Source: Oscillospiraceae bacterium (lineage in GTDB: Bacteria > Bacillota > Clostridia > Oscillospirales > CAG-272). From it: 64,000 bases of DNA. Shown here one piece after another: positions 25,801 through 32,473 of the stretch. The stretch is taken from assembly GCA_015065105.1 (NCBI GenBank), contig SVQZ01000003.1, positions 35,303-99,302 on the forward strand, read 5' to 3'. The notes beneath the pieces are model-generated. The model saw only the letters and a program-made list of their open reading frames with translations. It made no database searches and had not been told where the DNA came from. A program made the translations under genes and the position numbers. Every line of letters begins with the position of its first letter. Position 1 is the first letter of the stretch.

Positions 25801-26613
25801 AGCGGCGGACTTGAACCCTATACCTACCGTTGGTTATACAAGAATGATGCAATGACCTATGAGAGCGAGGTTGGAACAAATAATGCTCTCTGTCAGGTGA
25901 CTACCTCAGAGATCGACTGTCAATATCACGGATATTACAGATGTATAATTACCGATGCCAAGGGTCATGTTGTCGAGAGTGATCCCATTTATTTCAACTT
26001 TGCTCTGCATGTAAGAAAGCAGACCGAATCGGTAACCGTAAACGTAGGCGAAAAAGCCTTCTTCTCGGTTACGGCTTGCGGAGGCGTAGCACCTTACCGT
26101 TATTCCTGGGAGGTGTATAACGCTAAAACAAATCGTTGGGAGGATGTAAGCTCGGCAATGTCAGGCAGAACAACAGGTTACAGCTCGTCTATTATGAGCT
26201 TCAACTTAGCCTCTTCGGATTGCGGAACGTTTACTAAATTCCGTTGCTATATAAAAGACAGCAGAGGTATCGATATTATAAGCGAAGATATCCCCCTTAA
26301 AGTTCCGTTTAGTATTGCTTCTCAGCCTAAAAACGTTGTTGCTGTAAAGGGCTCTAACTTTACCTTCAAAGGTCTTGAAGTAGTGGGCGGTGAAGGAACG
26401 CTCAAATACACATGGCAATATGCTTATACCCGTGATAACCCAAGCAGTTTTAGCAACTGTTTTCTTTCACCTGCATATTTTAAAGGCTATGATACAAACG
26501 AACTTACCGTATATTTTAATTCAGGGTTTGAAAAAGGAACCTTCCGCTGTAAGATCGAAGACGAAGTAGGAAACGTCATTTATTCAGATTACGTGTACGT
26601 AAATCTACCCTGA
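22804..26613 (+). CDS. Giant cell-surface protein: signal peptide, 3 SLH domains, 4 four-Cys repeats, 9 Ig-like repeats
   Basis: AAGGAG RBS. Three SLH repeats (F.DV....YY..AV.WAVEKGITSG....F.P...C(T/S)RSQ.V.FLW). Four 4-Cys repeats at ~23419-23895. Nine ~90-aa repeats, each with (P)Y.Y.W and (F/Y)(R/Y)C.I.D motifs. Confidence 0.9.
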   Translation: MKRFLSFTLMLTMLLQFLPVVSGAVFPFVDVAPDAYYASAVEWAVEKGITSGTSATTFSPKMVCTRSQAVQFLWNAAGNPEPTTTNNLFKDVKSNAWYYKAVLWAVENGITNGTSATTFAPDMKCSRSQIVTLLWRTMGSPEITADNPFSDVPSNAYYLKPVLWAVEKGITSGTGGSKFSPLMSCSRSQIVTFLYRCFKEETPLPHEHSFGEWEIETPATCNAEGKEIRKCSGCDETESRAIPKVTEHSYGEWSVTTPADCYNEGVETRKCTTCDETETKTIEKTTHKWSAAWMISIPPTCTTEGTEIKTCSYCTDVRSRAVAATGHAWGGWTVTTPATESSDGVETRVCGNCGETETRSIPSLAPALVITTQPADTNATPGEIVKFKVVVSEGTVPYTYQWQYKIKGGDFENIEAAFTWAYGENKKNLEITVDSDQILYERVFRCVITDAAGKTVTSNEAGIAVTYDKLVVTIQPNDAVLESGQMAVFTAMAGNGIAPISVKWQYKIGDDGAWTDFTESDNTWAQGYDTWDLIIDPATAGSENDYRFRCVFTDYTGDTVTTKEVKCSVYKHLSIKTQPEESNYVTDGDSVTLTVAVTDGLPSYYYRWYFRMDGMPIFAEITEADSWASGCNSSDLNITPTQDMLDSNLRVYCKISDEYGDEVDSNVCYVIRRLEITYHTEEMYAEDGDLVTFSVGVVGGVKDYTYQWFMVSDIESAAPVSEKETKSLQNHDFTTYLFADDFNYNAKYYCVIEDSTGYKVTTPYILVKENPSISIKTQPSNANGVLVGEEVTFRTVVFGGTAPYIYQWQALVGKNYIDITTAGNGDFGPIYSGYNTDTLAVVCSGKAFFETQFRCVITDAKGKSVTTKAVKMTASPMSIASYTTEIEAYPGDMATFSVSVNGGIGPYSYQLQVKYDGTSFTDYDSPILTYGNGYFNKEITAVMLENNVEFRCVVTDVTGASVTTGNINIIEIEPLVITSQTPSDIGIDTNSTLYLSVSVSGGLEPYTYRWLYKNDAMTYESEVGTNNALCQVTTSEIDCQYHGYYRCIITDAKGHVVESDPIYFNFALHVRKQTESVTVNVGEKAFFSVTACGGVAPYRYSWEVYNAKTNRWEDVSSAMSGRTTGYSSSIMSFNLASSDCGTFTKFRCYIKDSRGIDIISEDIPLKVPFSIASQPKNVVAVKGSNFTFKGLEVVGGEGTLKYTWQYAYTRDNPSSFSNCFLSPAYFKGYDTNELTVYFNSGFEKGTFRCKIEDEVGNVIYSDYVYVNLP

Positions 26614-26658
26614 TATCAAACAATTAAAAAATATAAACTTAAAGTTAGGAGAAAAATT

Positions 26659-27420
26659 ATGGCAAAACATAATTGCGCTATCTGCGGGGCAGAAGTAGGA
26701 CTTTTAGCTCAGCAGAAATTAGCAGACGGTAATTTTATCTGCCGTAAGGTATGTGCAAAAAAATGTTTAAAGCATTTTGACCTTATTCCTGCAACCTTGG
26801 ATGACGTAAAGGCTCATATTGAGCAAATTGAATACGGAACCAAGGTATGGGAGCAGATATTTGTTCCACTGCAAAAAACAAAGAATAAGGAAGAAAAATT
26901 GAGAGGTTTTGGGCAGTATGACGCCCTTGTGGTTTCCCCCTCTACAGGTCTCGTGGCTATAACTCAGGATGACTATAAGTTCTTCATCTTCGGCAAGACC
27001 ACCCGCGCGGTGGTGTTCCGTCTTGCAGATCTTTACCGCTATGATTACGAAACCGAGGTAAGTAAGGATTCCGAGGGCAAGGAGGTAACCAAGCATTTTG
27101 CACACCTTACCTTCAATAATACCGTAGGACTCTTTGATTTCCGTATGCCTTGCTCTGATAAGCTTGATTTTGAGAGTATGGAAAAGTATCTTAACAACTG
27201 TTTCGGTATTCAGAAAACACTCAAGAATTCCATCAACAATGCAAAGCGTCAGATGGATGCTATCAAGGCTGTTGCAGGTGCAGTTAAAGAAGCTGCTACA
27301 GGCGGAAATAATCTTGAGGAAAAGGGAAGTGCCGCAATAGATGCAGTAAACGCAAATATATACGGTGACAGAACCGAGTGGATCAAGAAGGCTGACGCAG
27401 CCCTTGCCACCGTAAAATAA
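26659..27420 (+). CDS. Hypothetical protein with N-terminal DUF4428-like zinc ribbon
   Basis: AGGAG RBS. N-terminus is NCAICGAEVGLLAQQKLADGNFICRKVC. Confidence 0.7.
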   Translation: MAKHNCAICGAEVGLLAQQKLADGNFICRKVCAKKCLKHFDLIPATLDDVKAHIEQIEYGTKVWEQIFVPLQKTKNKEEKLRGFGQYDALVVSPSTGLVAITQDDYKFFIFGKTTRAVVFRLADLYRYDYETEVSKDSEGKEVTKHFAHLTFNNTVGLFDFRMPCSDKLDFESMEKYLNNCFGIQKTLKNSINNAKRQMDAIKAVAGAVKEAATGGNNLEEKGSAAIDAVNANIYGDRTEWIKKADAALATVK

Positions 27421-27539
27421 GCAAACAAGAGTTTGCACCCTAAATGCATTTTGTGATCTGTAGATCACACGAGAGGTACAACGAAAGGCGATACCCTCAT
27501 AAATCGTTAAAATTCTTATGTATAAAATAGGAGGAAAAA

Positions 27540-30146
27540 ATGTTTAAGAGAATTTTAAGTATGCTGCTTTGTCTTCTGACACTCTGCGGCTTGATCCCCA
27601 TGATGGCGTTTGGTTCTACTGCTGCAGCAGAAGCTGTTTCAAGCGACATCAAGATCTCAAACTTCAATCTTACCACAAAATCAATGACCGAGCCTAAGAT
27701 AGATAAAGGCGAGGGCATGTTCTATGACTTCACCTATATCACTATTGACGGTGTTAAGTACTACCCCGGCGATCAGTTCCCCGCAGGCGCGCTTAAAGTA
27801 GGTGACTACAGAACTGTTACCATCCAGTTTACCCCCATCTCGGGCTGTTACTTTGTTACCGAGAGCGACGGTACGTCCTATGCAGGTAAGGTAACTATCG
27901 GTAACCAGGAACTTACCGCTTACGTTAACAGCAGCGGTATCCTTAAGGTAATGTTCCGTATGTACATAAACAGCCCCGACATTACAAGCAACATAACCTT
28001 TACCGGTGTTGAGGCTCCTGTTAACGGCGGTGATGCTAACCTGACAGGTAAGGGTAAGTTTTCTCACTCCGCTCTCAATATCACAATGGTAGATTACGCA
28101 TTCAGACTTCCCGGTAAGAATCAGTGGTACTTCTATACCGAGGATAAGCTTGATTCAAGCTTCAGCTATGAAAAATTTGCTCTTTGCGTAATGTACGAGG
28201 TGGATCCTGCATATAACATCACAGGATTTGTTAGCAAGATTACCTGGAACGGTAAGGGAGTTGACGCTTATGCGCCCTTAACTAACGGTAAGGGCTATGC
28301 GATATACTTCTACTGTGATATCGCCGACGAGCTTACACAGGTAACCATCACCGATATCGAGCCCCCCGTACACGGTGCTACACCCGACAGAACCGGTACT
28401 GCCCCCAAGGGTATCGAGATCACAAAGATACAGTATATCAAGGCAAGCGACCGTTCCGGCGAGTATGAAGGCACCTTTGATGCAATTAAGCACGTAGGTA
28501 AAGACTATATCGAGCTTGGTATTGAGATCAGAGCTATAGACGGCTATACCTTTAATCCTAAGTATCTTAAAGTATTTTGTAACGGTATGACCAGCACAGT
28601 TTATGTCAACCGCGGCGACGGTAAGTATGTATTCGTATTTCCTTTGACCATAGCTCAGAAGCACGTTGATATGGTACATGTTACCAATATTGATCCCGCA
28701 GTTGACGGTGCAACTCCCGACAGAGAGGGTACCGTTAAGGAAAGCGATATGGTTGAGCTTACCAAGGTCCAGTATGTTATGATGAGCGACCGTTCCGGCG
28801 AGTATATGGGCAAGTTTGATGCTAAAAAGCACGTTGGCAAGGATGCCATCGAGCTTGGTATTGAGCTTAAGGCTAAGCCCGGTTATGTTATCGACAACGC
28901 TACCGTCGTAAATGTAAACGGTGACTTCAGCTCCGTTCTTGTAAAGCGCGATGAGGGTCGTATCGTATACATAATTCCCGATCTTGTTATCGAAGAGAGA
29001 TTTAAAAATCCCTTTACCGATGTTAAGGAAAGTGATTGGTATTACTCCTCCGTACTTTGGGCCGTACAGAACGGTATCACCAGCGGTACAACTGCTACAA
29101 CCTTCTCACCCCAAATGGTATGTACACGTTCCCAGGCTGTTCAGTTCCTTTGGAACGCGGCGGGAAATCCCGAGCCTACCACCACAAAAAATCCCTTCAC
29201 CGATGTTAAATCCGACGCATGGTACTATAAAGCAGTTCTCTGGGCAGTAGAGAAGGGTATAACAAACGGTACATCCGCTACGACCTTTGCTCCCGATATG
29301 AAGTGCAGTCGTTCACAGATCGTAACATTCCTCTGGAACGCGCAAGGTAAGCCTACTGTTGAAGCAACTAATCCCTTCACCGACGTTAAGGCTAAGGATT
29401 GGTTCTACAATTCTGTAATGTGGGCTGTTGAAAACGGTATCACCACAGGTACATCCGCTACAACCTTCGCTCCCGTTATGAAGTGCAGCCGTTCACAGAT
29501 CGTTACATTCATTTGCAGAAGCTATTCGGATGCAGAATTTGCGATCATCAGCCAGCCTGTCAACTATCAGATGGAATCCTCACAGGAGGATGCAACCTTT
29601 ACAGTAAGAGTTGCCGGCGGCACTGCACCCTATACCTATACATGGTATGTGTTGAAGGATAACGATGAGTATACCGAGGTTCATAAGACTGCGGCAGGTA
29701 AATACACCTTCTCCTATGAGTTCAGTGATTATGACTTTGAGCTTTATCGTAATATCAGTGTTTACTGTGTTATCAGTGATGTGCACGGTCAGTCTCTTAA
29801 GACCGTTTATGTCACCGTAATTTCAAAGGATGGCTCTAATGCTTCTTCTCCCCTTACAATAATCACTCAGCCTAAGAACTATCAGATGCAATCCTCTCAG
29901 GAGGACGCAGCATTTGCAGTAAGTGTAAGTGGCGGTGTAGCCCCTTATACCTACACATGGTATGTATTTAAGGACGGCGGCGAAGAGAGCTTTGTTAATA
30001 CAACTACCGCAGTAGCTGACACCTTTAAGTATAATTTCAGCGACTATGACTTCGAGCAGTTCCGTGACATATACGTTTGGTGTGTAATTAAGGACGCTGC
30101 AGGTCAGACATTACAGACAAATTATGTATATGCATTACAAAAATAA
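27540..30146 (+). CDS. Cell-surface protein: signal peptide, repeated beta-rich modules, 3 SLH domains, 2 Ig-like repeats
   Basis: AGGAGG RBS. Two ~110-aa internal repeats (ITDIEPPVHGATPDRTGT... and VTNIDPAVDGATPDREGT...). The SLH triplet is near-identical to that of 22804-26613. The two C-terminal repeats carry APYTYTWYV and YCVISD / WCVIKD. Confidence 0.9.
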   Translation: MFKRILSMLLCLLTLCGLIPMMAFGSTAAAEAVSSDIKISNFNLTTKSMTEPKIDKGEGMFYDFTYITIDGVKYYPGDQFPAGALKVGDYRTVTIQFTPISGCYFVTESDGTSYAGKVTIGNQELTAYVNSSGILKVMFRMYINSPDITSNITFTGVEAPVNGGDANLTGKGKFSHSALNITMVDYAFRLPGKNQWYFYTEDKLDSSFSYEKFALCVMYEVDPAYNITGFVSKITWNGKGVDAYAPLTNGKGYAIYFYCDIADELTQVTITDIEPPVHGATPDRTGTAPKGIEITKIQYIKASDRSGEYEGTFDAIKHVGKDYIELGIEIRAIDGYTFNPKYLKVFCNGMTSTVYVNRGDGKYVFVFPLTIAQKHVDMVHVTNIDPAVDGATPDREGTVKESDMVELTKVQYVMMSDRSGEYMGKFDAKKHVGKDAIELGIELKAKPGYVIDNATVVNVNGDFSSVLVKRDEGRIVYIIPDLVIEERFKNPFTDVKESDWYYSSVLWAVQNGITSGTTATTFSPQMVCTRSQAVQFLWNAAGNPEPTTTKNPFTDVKSDAWYYKAVLWAVEKGITNGTSATTFAPDMKCSRSQIVTFLWNAQGKPTVEATNPFTDVKAKDWFYNSVMWAVENGITTGTSATTFAPVMKCSRSQIVTFICRSYSDAEFAIISQPVNYQMESSQEDATFTVRVAGGTAPYTYTWYVLKDNDEYTEVHKTAAGKYTFSYEFSDYDFELYRNISVYCVISDVHGQSLKTVYVTVISKDGSNASSPLTIITQPKNYQMQSSQEDAAFAVSVSGGVAPYTYTWYVFKDGGEESFVNTTTAVADTFKYNFSDYDFEQFRDIYVWCVIKDAAGQTLQTNYVYALQK

Positions 30147-30263
30147 ATTTAAATTATAAATTGTAATAAATAATAATGAAGAAATTATTGTAGATATCTA
30201 CAGCCCTCCGTATAGCTATTGAAGTTTAATAAGATAAATCACAAGACTAAGAAAGTTGTTTTG

Positions 30264-30319
30264 CGGTAACATGATATATGCAAGCACATAATCATACATA
30301 AATGTATATCATGTTACCG
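30264..30319. promoter_or_regulatory. 15-bp perfect inverted repeat upstream of the Cys-rich lipoprotein gene
   Basis: CGGTAACATGATATA (30264-30278) and TATATCATGTTACCG (30305-30319), separated by 26 nt and ending 48 nt before ATG 30368. Confidence 0.5.
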
Positions 30320-30367
30320 TATAACATGAAAAATATTTTATTGCCAAAATGGCAGAAAGGTAAAAAA

Positions 30368-30925
30368 ATGAAAAAATTATTAGCACTCTTACTCGTAATC
30401 GCAATGGTATTCACCCTTGCAGCATGTGGCGGCGCCGCAGATAAGAAGGACGCCAAGGACGACAAGAAGGACGAGAAGAAGGAAGACAAGAAGGAAGAAA
30501 AGCTTTCTCCTGCAGAAGAAAAGACGTTAGAAGTATATGGTGAATTCCTCAAAGATATGGGTCTTGACGGCTATTGCTACAGCTGTGGCGAAAATAGCGA
30601 CCGCGTAATTTGTGCTGACTGCGGTAAGACCGACAAGTGTGATGACTGTGATGCAGATCTTGCTGATGACGAGTACTTCGTATGTGCTGACTGTCTTTCG
30701 ATTTATGAGTCTATGAACAACGTTGATGAGGACGCTGTTGAAGACGCAGCAGAAGACATTACAGAAGATGTATGCCTTGATTGTGGTGCAGCTCTCTCCG
30801 AAGATGACTGGTTCTACTGTGCAGACTGTAAGGCAGCTGCTGAGGAAGAAGAATCCACCTGTTGGGGATGCGGCAAGGTTCTCGCTGAAGACGAGCTCTT
30901 CTACTGCGCAGACTGCAACGCATAA
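30368..30925 (+). CDS. Acidic Cys-rich lipoprotein with repeated CxxC pairs (zinc-ribbon-like), paralog A
   Basis: Start ATG 30368 (MKKLLALLLVIAMVFTLAACGG, lipobox LAAC). It has a K/D/E-rich linker. Repeated CxxC pairs then follow (YCYSCG...CADCGKTDKCDDCD...FVCADCL, CLDCG...YCADC, CWGCG...YCADC). Confidence 0.8.
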   Translation: MKKLLALLLVIAMVFTLAACGGAADKKDAKDDKKDEKKEDKKEEKLSPAEEKTLEVYGEFLKDMGLDGYCYSCGENSDRVICADCGKTDKCDDCDADLADDEYFVCADCLSIYESMNNVDEDAVEDAAEDITEDVCLDCGAALSEDDWFYCADCKAAAEEEESTCWGCGKVLAEDELFYCADCNA

Positions 30926-30994
30926 AACCATCATTTAAGTCTTTTTATTCTTAAAAACTATTCCGAAAGGGAGAAAATTATTAACCAATAACTT

Positions 30995-31054
30995 ATACCG
31001 GGCGGATATCCGCCCTGGTATATGAAAGCCAATCGATTCGATTGGTTTTCATAT
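30995..31054 (+). terminator. Two consecutive hairpins downstream of the Cys-rich lipoprotein gene
   Basis: ATACCGGGCGGA-TA-TCCGCCCTGGTAT, then ATATGAAAGCCAATCGA..TCGATTGGTTTTCATAT followed by ACTATTTT. The same two-hairpin layout occurs at 36350-36408. Confidence 0.6.
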
Positions 31055-31156
31055 ACTATTTTAAGTGGAGAATGACTGTGAAAAAGATTGAATATATGAC
31101 TAAGCCTTCTTGTAATTTAATCTACAACGATATTAGGAATTACAACATAGATTAAA

Positions 31157-32473
31157 ATGTTAAAAAAAGATTATCAACGTATATTCTCATATATTACAAG
31201 CGGATTTGTTGTGTTATTAATGACATTTTTGCTTATATGCTCCGAATATGGGACGATATTCGCCACTAAAGTAACATTCTTCTACATAATATGCGGCGGA
31301 TATGTAGCGCTTATACTTCTTCTTTGTTTAGAATCTTTGCTTGTCGGAATGATCAAGCCGAGAGATGTGCTGAAGATATTTGCTCCAAGCTCGTTGCTCC
31401 AGATATTTATGCTTTTCTATCTCGGCTTTACCCTTATATCGGCATTTCTTTCCGAATACCCGACTGTATGGACAGGCCTTGAGCGTAAAGAGGGCTTTGG
31501 AACCATTGCAATCTATGTTTTGTGTTTCTACTTTGTTGCAAGATTCATAAGAGCGCAGAAATGGATGATATATTTTTTCGGTGCATTTGTTACGATATTC
31601 GGTGTAATATCGGTAATTCAGTTTTGCGGGATTTCATTTCTTTATCCCAAGGGAATGAACTATTACGATGCTTATACCAAGTATTCAAGTGCACATATCG
31701 GAACGCTCGGTAACGTGGATTTCGCGGCGGCATTTCTTGCTCTTGCTATTCCCATATTTTTGGTCTATATAGTAAAGGCTGAAGAAAAACAGCGTTTTTA
31801 TCTTCTTGTTCCGTTACTCTTATCCTTGGGTGTTATGCTTAAAATATGGGTGCTTTCAGGTATTATCGGTATCCTTGCCATATTTGCTGTAACGATACCT
31901 CCTGCATTCAGCTTTAAACGTAAGGGCATTATTATCTATTGGTCGGTATTTGTCTTTTTTATGCTTATCGGACTTGCAACAATCTATTTTGTTCGGTTGG
32001 ACGGCGGATTATTCGGAGAGCTTCACAATATACTTCACGGAAATATTTCGGAAAGCTTCGGTACGGGACGATTATATATCTGGCACCAGGTGCTTTCAAG
32101 AATTCCCGATAATCTTTTCTTCGGTACAGGCCCCGATACCATGTTATATGCAAATATTGAGCCTTTTTACCGAACCGACCCTGTGTATGGCGGGATAATC
32201 GCGCTTATAGAATCGGCTCACAACGAATATCTTAATATACTTTTTCATCAAGGTATTTTCGCTTTTCTTTCCTATGTCTGTGCGGTAATGACCGTTGTAA
32301 TACAATTCTTTAAAAATGCATCAAAAAGCAGAGAAGTGCTGATACTCGGAGCAGCTCTGATAGGTTATCTTGTATGCGCATTCTTCGGCATAAGTACACT
32401 TGCCACAGCACCGTTCTTCTGGGTATGTCTCGGCTTTTTCGATAAATATTCAAATAAGGAGAAAATCAAATGA
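31157..32473 (+). CDS. Wzy_C / O-antigen-ligase-like polytopic membrane protein
   Basis: 438 aa and about 11 TM helices. A periplasmic-loop-type motif (ESAHNEYLNILFHQGIFAF, i.e. H-N-x-Y-L) is typical of the O-antigen ligase/polymerase family. The stop overlaps the next ATG (ATGA at 32470-32473). Confidence 0.75.
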   Translation: MLKKDYQRIFSYITSGFVVLLMTFLLICSEYGTIFATKVTFFYIICGGYVALILLLCLESLLVGMIKPRDVLKIFAPSSLLQIFMLFYLGFTLISAFLSEYPTVWTGLERKEGFGTIAIYVLCFYFVARFIRAQKWMIYFFGAFVTIFGVISVIQFCGISFLYPKGMNYYDAYTKYSSAHIGTLGNVDFAAAFLALAIPIFLVYIVKAEEKQRFYLLVPLLLSLGVMLKIWVLSGIIGILAIFAVTIPPAFSFKRKGIIIYWSVFVFFMLIGLATIYFVRLDGGLFGELHNILHGNISESFGTGRLYIWHQVLSRIPDNLFFGTGPDTMLYANIEPFYRTDPVYGGIIALIESAHNEYLNILFHQGIFAFLSYVCAVMTVVIQFFKNASKSREVLILGAALIGYLVCAFFGISTLATAPFFWVCLGFFDKYSNKEKIK

